This document shows positions 49,401 through 59,164 of a stretch of 64,000 nt of DNA, one piece after another. Both the position numbers and the translations under genes were made by a program. The notes beneath the pieces are model-generated. The model saw only the letters and a program-made list of their open reading frames with translations. It was not told where the DNA came from and did no database searches. The first letter of the stretch is position 1; every line of letters starts with the position of its first letter. Source of the stretch: Verrucomicrobiia bacterium (GTDB lineage: Bacteria; Verrucomicrobiota; Verrucomicrobiia; Limisphaerales; UBA1319); assembly GCA_963664225.1 (NCBI GenBank), contig OY760937.1, positions 4,928,001-4,992,000 on the forward strand, in the 5' to 3' direction.

Positions 49401-51336
49401 GATCTTCGATCCGGCGCATCCTCGCAAATACGAAATAACAGCCACATGGGAGAGCGGGGAATTGCCGGATTTTGCAGAGACCATCACAGTTCCCGCATCG
49501 TCCGTAAAGATTGGCCATACCTATCGCGTTCGTGTGCGAATGAAAGACTTTTCGGGGCGTTGGAGTCATTGGTCCGCGCCGGTTGAATTTGTGGCGGGCG
49601 AGCGGGATCAAGTGCAGGTATTGCGGGAAAATCTGGGGGTCACGGAGTTGATGTATGATCCGCAAGGCGGTTCGGAATATGAGTATATCGAACTGCACAA
49701 TGCCAATGCAACCGAGACGCTGGATCTGGCCGGGGTCACCTTTACGCAAGGGATCAATTACACCTTTGACGCGAATACGCTCCTCGGACCCAACGAGTAT
49801 CTGCTGCTGACAAAAGCGTTCTCAACCAATAATTACGCCGATTTCCGCGCGCATTATCATTTGGATGCAACGGTCCGCATTGTCGGGCCCTATTCGGGCA
49901 GTTTCGATAACAATGGCGAAACAGTGACGATCAAGAGCGGTGCAGCGGGAACGGATATTATTTCCTTTACCTATGGCGATGGCTCGGGTTGGCCGGCGAG
50001 CGCGGATGGCGCGGGGCATTCCCTGGTTCCGCTGAATTATACGTTCACAGGGAGAGCTTACGATTACGCCAGGGGTTGGCGGGCGAGCGCTTTTACCGGG
50101 GGTTCTCCTGGAAAAGAAGATCCCACGCCGCAAGTGTCCGTGGTGCTCAATGAAATCGCGGCCTATACGGTGTATTCGGATCCGTTAAAGCCCGAATACG
50201 TTTCCAACGACTGGATAGAACTTTTTAATACGACCGATGCGCCGGTTCTGATGGAGCATTGGTTTTTAAGCGACGATCCAACCGTATTGACCAAGTGGGC
50301 CATTCCCACACAGACCCTTGCTGGGCATGAACGCGTGGTCTTTGACGAGGTGAGCGGATTCCACAATCCCATCACGAACGGTTTTGGACTGAGCAGTTTA
50401 GGAGAATCCCTATACCTGTCCTGCCTGCCCGGCGATGGAACGGACCGCGTTATGGATGCCATCCAATACAAAGCTCAGGAGACAGCGATATCCTGGGGAC
50501 GGTATCCGGACGGAGGCGAATACTGGATGGGATTGGAGCCGACGCGGGGGGCGTCCAACGGGCCGCCGGTGGGGCATTTGATCATCAGCGAAATCATGTA
50601 TCACCCGGCTGCCTTTGATACGAACGACAACACGCGGGACGAATACATCGAGATATTCAATCCCACGACAAACACGGTTTCCCTGTCCGATACCAATGGC
50701 GCCTGGCGCATCGATGGCAGTGTTAAATACGCATTTCCAACCAATACAGTGCTGTTGCCCGGTCAATGCCTTTTGGTGGCGGCAGTGGCGCAAACAAACA
50801 CTGTGCAATGGGACGCGTTTATTCAAAAATACAATCTGACCAACGATGCCTTGGTTATTGTGAGGCCGTTCGATGGCAAACTTCCCAACGATGCCGGACG
50901 GGTCGCATTGGAAAAACCGATGGCAACGGGCATTGTTGGAAACTCGACTGCATGGATCGTTCAGGATGAGGTCATTTATTCGGATTCATTGCCATGGTAT
51001 CCTGCTGCGGACGGCGTAGGGTCATCGCTGGAAAGAACAGGTTTTCAGATCATTGGCAACGATCCAATGCAGTGGACCGCCGCAGATCCGACTCCGGGAT
51101 TTGTGCCAGTGGAAAGGGCGATCACCTTGAGCATGCCTGTTGTTCTTGGGGAGGGAAAGTTCAGCATTCAAGTCCAGTGCCCGACATTTGGAACGATGGT
51201 CGTCGATTCCTCGACCGACCTGCGCCAGTGGCAGCCAGTCTATACCAACACGGCGCACACCGGGAGCTTTGAGTTTGGCGACACCAATGTGCTGGCGGGC
51301 ACAAACCAATTCTACCGTGTCCGCAAGGTGCAATAG
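46456..51336 (+). CDS. Lamin-tail-domain / CotH kinase-family secreted protein
   Basis: Repeated INEI.Y.P...EYIEL.N LTD motifs; CotH-like GLY..VEQ.D..FL and PWDLD; start uncertain (46366-46519). Confidence 0.85.
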   Translation: MTFLKKSFRTEFAGLEVCTRWMLILLLVGVASSNGAVIINEIHYNPDVKTEPAKFVEIYNTDTNAVDLSAWSFTSGINYTFPQGATLGGLQFALVGSNPAFLKTKYGAQAYGPFTGTLSAQGDKLVLRDAAGTIQNQVAFQLGFPWPTVGDPPGYSIELINPSLDNTLGGSWRASHREADTNSTAQPQTFITDHSEWRYHKGTNEASIPTDAWRMPGFDDASWPAGTTPIGYDPIEVMGTPLDDMRGNYVTIFARKTFVISNPAEIGALLADVEYDDGFNLWINGRHVQRQALDRDEMAYNELANTTRENAGFDTFALPIPLDYLQAGTNVIAIQVHNILLSASSDAFFDLRLRTQPVSVVAVSGPTPGRINSVYSTNAPPQIRQVDHTPRQPMSNQEVKITAKITDPDGVRSVKLEYQLVDPGQYIAISDVAYQTNWVELAMLDDGAAGDAAAGDDVFTAVMPASLQTNRRLVRYRITAVDNTGLSVTVPYGDDAQPNFAYFVYDGVPAWSGAARPGTTVVQQFGTNIMRSLPTYHLISKQTAVEGSTWRDQYQGNLYPYQGTVVIDGEVLDHIRFRARGGVWRYAMGKNMWKFDLNRGHDFLPVDNYGQGYNARWKKINLGSCIQQGDYGHRGEQGMFESIGFKLFNLAGIEAPRTHFVQFRVIDKALETNPANQYDGDFWGLYMAVEQEDGRFLDEHGLPDGNFYKMDGGFGTLNNQGPTAVSDRSDLSKFMSTYQGSPSESWWRTNFDLGRYYDYRTIVEAIHHYDIDEGAGKNYMYYLNPVTGLWSEHPWDLDLTWADNMYGGGGSPFKNRVLPQPAFALEYRNRIREIRDLLFNSEQTGLLIDEYAAIIHDPKGGLSFTDADRAQWDYNPIMASGYVNSSKSGQGRYYQWPFEPTVTKSFVGTIQLMKNYVKTRGAFLDALAADMYTPNTPVVTYAGPTNYPINQLVFRSSAFERTNGTFAGMKWRLAEVSPANAPIFDPAHPRKYEITATWESGELPDFAETITVPASSVKIGHTYRVRVRMKDFSGRWSHWSAPVEFVAGERDQVQVLRENLGVTELMYDPQGGSEYEYIELHNANATETLDLAGVTFTQGINYTFDANTLLGPNEYLLLTKAFSTNNYADFRAHYHLDATVRIVGPYSGSFDNNGETVTIKSGAAGTDIISFTYGDGSGWPASADGAGHSLVPLNYTFTGRAYDYARGWRASAFTGGSPGKEDPTPQVSVVLNEIAAYTVYSDPLKPEYVSNDWIELFNTTDAPVLMEHWFLSDDPTVLTKWAIPTQTLAGHERVVFDEVSGFHNPITNGFGLSSLGESLYLSCLPGDGTDRVMDAIQYKAQETAISWGRYPDGGEYWMGLEPTRGASNGPPVGHLIISEIMYHPAAFDTNDNTRDEYIEIFNPTTNTVSLSDTNGAWRIDGSVKYAFPTNTVLLPGQCLLVAAVAQTNTVQWDAFIQKYNLTNDALVIVRPFDGKLPNDAGRVALEKPMATGIVGNSTAWIVQDEVIYSDSLPWYPAADGVGSSLERTGFQIIGNDPMQWTAADPTPGFVPVERAITLSMPVVLGEGKFSIQVQCPTFGTMVVDSSTDLRQWQPVYTNTAHTGSFEFGDTNVLAGTNQFYRVRKVQ

Positions 51337-51374
51337 GCCAATAGGCGAAACCGAAAGGCGAATGCTTTAAAACG

Positions 51375-51415
51375 AAAAGGCCTGCGTGGATGATCAAATC
51401 CCGCAGGCCTTTTTT
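51375..51415. terminator. Bidirectional terminator between convergent genes
   Basis: AAAAGGCCTGCG...CGCAGGCCTTTTTT. Confidence 0.8.
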
Positions 51416-51433
51416 GCGTTCGTTTGAAATGGT

Positions 51434-52405
<972 letters not shown>

Positions 52406-52571
52406 GGGACCGACTTTAGTCAGGCGACCGGAGGTGTGGAAGTGAATTGTCTGGGACTAAGGTGTAAATGCGGCTTTGCAGCGCCTTAATAAATTAGTTG
52501 CTTCCTCTGCAGAACAAGCCTAACACTTGTAAAGTCATCATAAAAGGTCGGTCAAATTTTCGGGCTATTAT

Positions 52572-53747
52572 ATGAGAAAATTCATCATTAGAACCTTTGG
52601 CAAATCACTCTCGCGTTCCATCCTTGGCTACACACTGGCTGTTACCATTGTTGGCAGCGCGATTGCGGCCACACAGTTGGATATTCAAACGGTGCCCATG
52701 CTGAAGCTGACGGGTGAGGTGGGGACTACCAATCAAATCCAATACGTGACGGAATTGGGTCAGACTAACGCGTGGAATGTCCTGACGAATGTTGTGCTGA
52801 CCAACAGCACGGAGTATTACGTTGATACCAGCGCGACGGGTTCGGTCAAGCGATATTACCAGACGGTGGTTTTAAGCGGAACAAATGCGAGTGTTCCTGA
52901 TGGCATGGCGTTGATCCCTGCCGGGGAGTTTACCATGGGCGACACGTTCAACGATGCCTTCTTTGGAAATTCAGCGCTTCCCCTCCATACAGTATTTGTG
53001 AGCCCATTTTATATGGACAAAAACCTGGTGACAAAGGCCCTTTGGGACGATGTCTATAAATGGGCTATCACGCATGGCTATACTTTCGACAATGCAGGCA
53101 TGGGGAAGGCACCTAATCACCCGGTCCACACCGTCAATTGGTGTGATGCGGCGAAGTGGTGCAATGCGAGGAGTGAGAAGGAAGGGCGGGTTCAGGCTTA
53201 TTATACAAGTGCAGACCAGACAACAGTCTATCGTGCAGGACAGCTATCACTGCAAAACGACTGGGTGAAATGGAACAGCGGTTATCGGCTGCCAACGGAG
53301 GCGGAATGGGAGAAGGCGGCTCGAGGTGGATTGAGCAATAACCGATTTCCATGGGGCAAAACCATCACGCACAGCCAGGCGAATTATTACAGTGACAGCA
53401 ATATCGGATTTAATTTCGATGTCAGCCCTACGAGAGGATATCATCCCGATTACAGCACAGGTTCGGCACCCTACACCAGTCCGGTGGGTTCGTTTGCCCC
53501 CAATGGGTATGGTCTTTACGACATGGCTGGGAATGTGTGCGAGTGGTGCTGGGACACGTACGGGCCCTATGACAGTGCCTCACAATCAAACCCGCGTGGG
53601 CTTGCTTCAGGCTCGGATCGTGTAAATCGAGGCGGTTGTTGGGGGCTCAAGGCCCTCTCTTGCCGGGTTGCTGGCCGCGACTACAACTCAATGGACCGCG
53701 CAGAAACGATTTACGGATTTCGATCAACCCTGCCCGTAGGTCAGTAA
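52572..53747 (+). CDS. FGE-sulfatase (SUMF1-like) domain secreted protein
   Basis: YRLPTEAEWEKAARGG, NGYGLYDMAGNV.EW and RGG.W...GFR motifs. Confidence 0.9.
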   Translation: MRKFIIRTFGKSLSRSILGYTLAVTIVGSAIAATQLDIQTVPMLKLTGEVGTTNQIQYVTELGQTNAWNVLTNVVLTNSTEYYVDTSATGSVKRYYQTVVLSGTNASVPDGMALIPAGEFTMGDTFNDAFFGNSALPLHTVFVSPFYMDKNLVTKALWDDVYKWAITHGYTFDNAGMGKAPNHPVHTVNWCDAAKWCNARSEKEGRVQAYYTSADQTTVYRAGQLSLQNDWVKWNSGYRLPTEAEWEKAARGGLSNNRFPWGKTITHSQANYYSDSNIGFNFDVSPTRGYHPDYSTGSAPYTSPVGSFAPNGYGLYDMAGNVCEWCWDTYGPYDSASQSNPRGLASGSDRVNRGGCWGLKALSCRVAGRDYNSMDRAETIYGFRSTLPVGQ

Positions 53748-53825
53748 ACCATGAACATCTTTAGGGATTTTATGACCTTAAAAATTCACTTGCCTACCCG
53801 GTCACTCAAATTTGTGGGATATCAA

Positions 53826-55016
53826 ATGGAAAACATAATCCGTGAGAACAGTGGGAATGCACTCATTCGCGCTGTGCTTGGCTGCGCTTTGTCTGGAACC
53901 ATCGTTTCCACGGCTTTCGCCGGCACTCAGTTGGAAACTCAACCCGTACCCATGCTCAAGTTAAGCGGGGAGATCGGCACCACAAACCAGGTACAATACG
54001 TGACGGAGCTGGGCCAGACCAACGCGTGGAATGTCCTGACCAATATCGTGCTGACCAGCAGCGCCCAATATTATGTTGATACCGGCGCAACCGGTGCTGT
54101 GAAACGCTTTTATCAGGTGGTAATCCTGGGCAATTCACCAACCAATGTTCCTTCTGGTATGGTTCTGATTCCGGCAGGTGTGTTCACGATTGGGGACACG
54201 CTGGGTGATTGGCCTAATTGGGTCGGAAGCAGCGATGCGACTCCTACGCATAACGTTAATGTAAGTGCATTTTACATGGATAAGACATTGGTAACAAAGA
54301 CATTGTGGGATGATGTCTTTGTTTGGGCGGGGGGGCATGGTTACATTTTCGATAATCCGGGTTATGGCAAAGGGACCAATCATCCGGTCCATTCGATCAG
54401 TTGGTATGATATGGTGAAGTGGTGCAATGCACGTAGCGAGAAAATGGGATTGATTCCTGCTTATTACACCAGTGCAGAGAAAACAACCGTGTATCGTTCC
54501 GGCCAGTTGGAACCCCAAAACGATTGGGTGAACTGGAATGCGGGGTATCGCCTGCCGACCGAGGCAGAATGGGAGAAGGCGGCGCGGGGAGGGTTGAGCA
54601 ATAATCGGTTTCCGTGGGGAGACACAATCACGCATAGCAAGGCGAATTATAATAGCGTCACCAACGAAGGTTTGGTTTTAAGTTACGATATCAGCCCGAC
54701 GGCAGGGTATCATCCCGATTACGATGTCGATCCGCAACCCTACACCAGTCCGGTGGCGTCGTTTGCTCCCAATGGGTATGGTCTTTACGACATGGCTGGG
54801 AATGTTTGTGAGCGTTGCTGGGATTGGTATGGACCTTATGGCAGCGCCTATCAATCAGACCCGCGTGGTCCAGATTCAGGCTTAATGCGTGTCTGGCGCG
54901 GTGGTGATTGGAGTGACAACGCTGATAGCTGCAGAGTGGCGCGCCGCAACAGCTACTCTGCGACCTACAAGAACGCCGGGTTAGGATTCCGCACTATTCT
55001 GCCCCTGAATCAATGA
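53826..55016 (+). CDS. FGE-sulfatase domain secreted protein, tandem paralog
   Basis: Same motifs, collinear with the upstream gene; start could be 53751. Confidence 0.9.
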   Translation: MENIIRENSGNALIRAVLGCALSGTIVSTAFAGTQLETQPVPMLKLSGEIGTTNQVQYVTELGQTNAWNVLTNIVLTSSAQYYVDTGATGAVKRFYQVVILGNSPTNVPSGMVLIPAGVFTIGDTLGDWPNWVGSSDATPTHNVNVSAFYMDKTLVTKTLWDDVFVWAGGHGYIFDNPGYGKGTNHPVHSISWYDMVKWCNARSEKMGLIPAYYTSAEKTTVYRSGQLEPQNDWVNWNAGYRLPTEAEWEKAARGGLSNNRFPWGDTITHSKANYNSVTNEGLVLSYDISPTAGYHPDYDVDPQPYTSPVASFAPNGYGLYDMAGNVCERCWDWYGPYGSAYQSDPRGPDSGLMRVWRGGDWSDNADSCRVARRNSYSATYKNAGLGFRTILPLNQ

Positions 55017-55215
55017 GTCAGAAGCTGGAAGAGTGCGTCTTTGAATCGGAACTGCCATTGCATCAGTCAAGACGCGCTCCTTCGGAGCGTTCCTCTGTCA
55101 CTGATTCCTGATACATCCATATTTGACTCAACTGTAGCGATTTCGTGATGATCATCACCGGGCTGTCACCAGACTTGCCCGCCGTCGCGCTTTTCGGCAG
55201 CATGGGTGGGTTGAT

Positions 55216-55656
55216 ATGGAAAAATCGTTGGTGTTAATCAAACCAGACGCGCTGCATGGTGGGAAGGCAGGCGCGGTTTTGTCGCGTCTGGAATCGGCGG
55301 GACTGCGTGTCGAGAATGCCCGTTATGTCGATACGACGCTGGAGCAATGGCAGCGGCATTATGCGGATCTGAAGTCGCGCAATGCGCGCGCCTTCGAGCG
55401 CACCACGAAGGATCTGGCGGGCAAGCCGGTTCTTGCGATGATTCTGGCCGGGACAGACGCGGTGAAGAAGATTCGCGCGCTGGCGGGTCCCACGGATCCG
55501 AGCGTGGCGCCACCGGGAACGATCCGGGGCGACCTCGGGGCGGATTCCATGGTGGCGGCGAATGCGGAAAATCGGTCCACGCGCAATCTGCTGCACGCGG
55601 CGGATTCGCATGAAGCGGCGGTTCGGGAGACGGCCATCTGGTTTGGAAACGAGTGA
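55216..55656 (+). CDS. ndk: Nucleoside diphosphate kinase
   Basis: LIKPD, G.T.P..APPGTIRGD, and catalytic His in NLLHAADS. Confidence 0.92.
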   Translation: MEKSLVLIKPDALHGGKAGAVLSRLESAGLRVENARYVDTTLEQWQRHYADLKSRNARAFERTTKDLAGKPVLAMILAGTDAVKKIRALAGPTDPSVAPPGTIRGDLGADSMVAANAENRSTRNLLHAADSHEAAVRETAIWFGNE

Positions 55657-55713
55657 CACAATCGCTCATGCGTCTAACAATTAAAGGGATTTCCCGCCCG
55701 ACCAAGGGCTGCG

Positions 55714-56853
55714 ATGTTTAAATTGCTCAAAACGGACGGTCACACCAAGGCGCGACTGGGTCAGTTGCGCACGGTGCATGGGGTGATCGATACACCAATC
55801 TTCATGCCTGTGGGAACGCAGGCGGCGGTCAAAACGCTGGATCCACGGGAGCTGCGTGAGCTGGGGGCGCAGATCATATTAAGCAACACGTATCATTTGT
55901 GCATCCGTCCGGGCATGGAGGTCATGGAGAAGATGGGTGGGCTGCACCAATTCATGAGCTGGCCGTATCCCATACTGACGGATAGCGGCGGCTACCAGGT
56001 GTTCAGCCTCGCCAAGATCCGCAAAATCAAACCCGAGGGAGTTTCCTTTCGATCGCATTTGGACGGCACCGCGCTGTTTCTTGGTCCCAAGGAAGCGATG
56101 CACATGCAGAAGGTGCTCGGATCGGATATTGCGATGGTGCTGGACGAGTGCCCGCCGCATACCGGGACGCAACGCCAATTGCATGAGGCTGTGGAACGCA
56201 CGATTCGATGGGCGGAACACTGCCGACAGCAGCCCCGGGCGGAGGGCCAGTTGGTGTTTGGAATTGTGCAGGGGGCCGGTCGGCCGGAATTGCGCGAGCA
56301 GTGCGCCAAGGCGCTGGTGTCGATTGGATTTGACGGTTACGCCATCGGGGGGGTCAGTGTGGGGGAAACGGAGGCTGAGATGATGAAGGCGGTGGAATAC
56401 ACCGAGCCGTTTCTGCCCGCAGACCAGGCGCGTTACGCCATGGGCCTGGGCACTCCAGCGCAGATTGTGGAGTTGGTGGCGCGGGGGGTGGACATGTTTG
56501 ACTGCGTGCTGCCGACCCGCATCGCCCGCAACGGGGCGGCCTTCACGCGCAAGGGGACTGTGAATATCAAGGCCGCCTATTGCAAAACGGATCCCGGTCC
56601 GATCGAGGAAGGATGCACCTGTTTTGCGTGCCGTAATTTTTCACGGGCCTATCTGCGCCATCTGATCAACGTGGAGGAGATTCTCGCACTGCGCATGATC
56701 AGCGTGCATAACTGCCACATGTATGTGCAACTGATGACGGACATCCGGCGGCACATTGCGCAGGAGACGTTTGCGGAGTTCCGTGCGGAGTTCGCGCGGA
56801 CGTATATTCCGTCCAAGAATTTACGAGCCTGCAAAGTCGATGCGGCGGAATAG
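55714..56853 (+). CDS. tgt: Queuine tRNA-ribosyltransferase
   Basis: TPIFMPVGT, LTDSGGYQVFSL, GVDMFDCVLPTR and CTCFAC Zn site. Confidence 0.97.
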   Translation: MFKLLKTDGHTKARLGQLRTVHGVIDTPIFMPVGTQAAVKTLDPRELRELGAQIILSNTYHLCIRPGMEVMEKMGGLHQFMSWPYPILTDSGGYQVFSLAKIRKIKPEGVSFRSHLDGTALFLGPKEAMHMQKVLGSDIAMVLDECPPHTGTQRQLHEAVERTIRWAEHCRQQPRAEGQLVFGIVQGAGRPELREQCAKALVSIGFDGYAIGGVSVGETEAEMMKAVEYTEPFLPADQARYAMGLGTPAQIVELVARGVDMFDCVLPTRIARNGAAFTRKGTVNIKAAYCKTDPGPIEEGCTCFACRNFSRAYLRHLINVEEILALRMISVHNCHMYVQLMTDIRRHIAQETFAEFRAEFARTYIPSKNLRACKVDAAE

Positions 56854-58017
56854 CGAGGCGACGGCCTGAGCGGCGCGATGCGAGGCGTCCGGAGGGCCGA
56901 GGCTGGCAATGACTTTGGCCAGGGTGGCTTTGATTTCCGCCATGCGGGCGGGATTTTCGAGAATCGCGAGGGCTTCGGCTGCGATGGCCTCCGGGGTGGC
57001 AGCGTCCTGAATGAACTCCGGGTAAACCACACCATCGTTCAGCAGATTGGCCATGGCCAGGTACTTCACCTTGACAACTCGTTTTCCAAACTGATAGGTG
57101 CCCCAGGAGGTTTTGTAAAAAATGATCGAGGGAACGCCAAAGTAGGCGCATTCCATGGTCACGGTTCCCGAACAGGCGAGGGCAAAAGTGGCGGAACGCA
57201 GGGAATCCGCCAGACCGCCGATCTGAACTTCCACAGAACTGTCCGTTGCGATCGCGGGGATTAATTGTCGCGCGGTTTTAGCGAGTTCTTGGTTGGGCGC
57301 AATGAGGCGGAAGTGAGCCTGGAACTTGCGCTGGATGATTTGGGCGGCCTGGGCCAGAACGGGGACATGTTTTTGGAGTTCGCGCGCGCGGCTGCCGGGC
57401 AGCAAAAGGATGAGCGGTTTGCCAGGATGGTCGGTGGGTGACAATGGAGCAGGATGGACCGCTGGTGTGGAGGCGAACCGATCCACGAGGGGATGGCCGA
57501 CGAATTCGACGCGCAAGTGGGGCGCGCGGGCGGCATACCACTTCTTCTCAAACGGAAAAATACTCAGCAACAGATCGACGTCGCGGTCGATTTTATGCAC
57601 GCGGGATTCGTGCCAGGCCCAAATCTGGGGCGAGACGTAATAGACGATTTTTGGGTTCCAGTTTTTGAAAGGGCCGACTCGGGAGCGGACCAATTTTTTA
57701 ATGGCAGCCACATAGCGGAGGTTAAAGCCGGGGTAATCGACGAGGATAATGACGTCCGGGAGTTCCCGCAGGGCCAGGTCGATGAGCTGGTTAAAGAGTT
57801 GGCGCAATTCGGGGTAGTGCTTGAGGACTTCCCAAATGCCCACGACGGCGTGCGCGGTCAGATCGAGGGAGAGATCGACGCCCGCCGCCTGCATTTTGGG
57901 GCCACCGGCGCCGATGAATCGCCAGTCTGTAATGCGCCGGAGGGCTTGAACCAGTTCGGCGGCGAGGGTGTCGCCACTGGCCTCGCCGGCAATGATCAGG
58001 CAGGTCCTGGAATTCAT
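56821..58017 (-). CDS. lpxB: Lipid-A-disaccharide synthase
   Basis: IAGEASGD, VDYPGFN, YYVSPQIWAW, FVGHPL, LLPGSR and SGTVTME motifs. Confidence 0.95.
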   Translation of the reverse strand: MNSRTCLIIAGEASGDTLAAELVQALRRITDWRFIGAGGPKMQAAGVDLSLDLTAHAVVGIWEVLKHYPELRQLFNQLIDLALRELPDVIILVDYPGFNLRYVAAIKKLVRSRVGPFKNWNPKIVYYVSPQIWAWHESRVHKIDRDVDLLLSIFPFEKKWYAARAPHLRVEFVGHPLVDRFASTPAVHPAPLSPTDHPGKPLILLLPGSRARELQKHVPVLAQAAQIIQRKFQAHFRLIAPNQELAKTARQLIPAIATDSSVEVQIGGLADSLRSATFALACSGTVTMECAYFGVPSIIFYKTSWGTYQFGKRVVKVKYLAMANLLNDGVVYPEFIQDAATPEAIAAEALAILENPARMAEIKATLAKVIASLGPPDASHRAAQAVASLFRRIDFAGS

Positions 58018-58022
58018 GCCCT

Positions 58023-59066
58023 TTATGCCAATGGGGAGGGCAGGCCCGCGATGCCGGTCTGGATCAGGGCGGTGATTTCAAAGGCCAGGTCCAAGGCCCG
58101 CTTGGCGGATTCGCCGCTGACAATCGGGGTGTGGTGCTTGCGCACGCATTCGATGAAACTCTGCAATTCGAGCTTGAGCGGCTCGTCTTTTTCGATGGGC
58201 ACCGGTTCGCGCACGATGCGTTTGCCGCCAAATTCGCTGACAATGGCGCTGTCTTTTGCGGCGAGCAATTTTTTGAAAATGGAGGATTCCTTTTCGTCCT
58301 CGCGCGCGATTCTGTAAATGAAACCCTCCTGGGCGCGGTAGTCCAGGGAGACGTAACTGGTGCGCGCGCCGCCGCTGAATACGCGGATTTTTCGCATGCG
58401 CTCTGGGCTGACACGGCTGGCGGTGAGGTTGGCGACGCAGCCATTGGCAAAGCGCAGGCGGGCGTTGGCAATGTCCTCGGAGGCGCTCAGGACGGGAATG
58501 CCCACGGCGTCCACACTGACGACCGGGGATTTCACGAAGGCCAGAACGACATCCAGATCGTGGATCATGAGGTCGAGCACGACGCCGATGTCCGTGCTGC
58601 GGGCGGGAAATGGCGAGAGACGATGGGCCTCGATGAAGCGGGGTTCGGTGGCCACGGATTCCATGTAGTGGAAGATGGGATTGAAACGCTCCACGTGGCC
58701 GACCTGAAGGACGCAATTGTTCGCGCGCGCGAGTTGGATCAGGTCTGTGGCCTGGGCGGCGAGGCTGGTCATGGGCTTTTCCACGAGGACATGTTTTCCC
58801 TGAACGAGAAGGACTTTGGCCAGCTCGTGGTGTGTCACGGTGGGGGTGACCACGCTGAAGGCGTCGCTGCGCGCGGCGGCTTCCTCAATGGAGGCAAAGG
58901 CGGGGACACCGCATTTCTCGGCGATCTTCCGCGCCGTTTCCGCACTGGCGTCATACACACCAGTGAATTCGACAAGACCTGCGCGCGCCAGTTCGGCGTA
59001 AATCCGCGCGTGCTCTTTGCCCAGGGAACCCGTTCCCAGAACCGCCACTTTAATCGGCTTTGACAT
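58023..59066 (-). CDS. Gfo/Idh/MocA oxidoreductase (GnnA-like)
   Basis: GTGSLG, HVLVEKP, VGHVERFNP and VVLDLMIHDLD motifs; directly upstream of lpxB. Confidence 0.85.
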   Translation of the reverse strand: MSKPIKVAVLGTGSLGKEHARIYAELARAGLVEFTGVYDASAETARKIAEKCGVPAFASIEEAAARSDAFSVVTPTVTHHELAKVLLVQGKHVLVEKPMTSLAAQATDLIQLARANNCVLQVGHVERFNPIFHYMESVATEPRFIEAHRLSPFPARSTDIGVVLDLMIHDLDVVLAFVKSPVVSVDAVGIPVLSASEDIANARLRFANGCVANLTASRVSPERMRKIRVFSGGARTSYVSLDYRAQEGFIYRIAREDEKESSIFKKLLAAKDSAIVSEFGGKRIVREPVPIEKDEPLKLELQSFIECVRKHHTPIVSGESAKRALDLAFEITALIQTGIAGLPSPLA

Positions 59067-59164
59067 GCCAGAGTTTTACAGCGGGCCGGTCGCGTTCGCG
59101 AGAAAAATGCGCCGGGAGGATGCGACTTGTGAATCAAAGACTTGTTCGTGGACGGGAAATTCCC

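Noticed and set aside
56821..56853. 33 bp convergent overlap of tgt and lpxB
   Set aside because: Short 3' overlaps are common and both proteins appear complete
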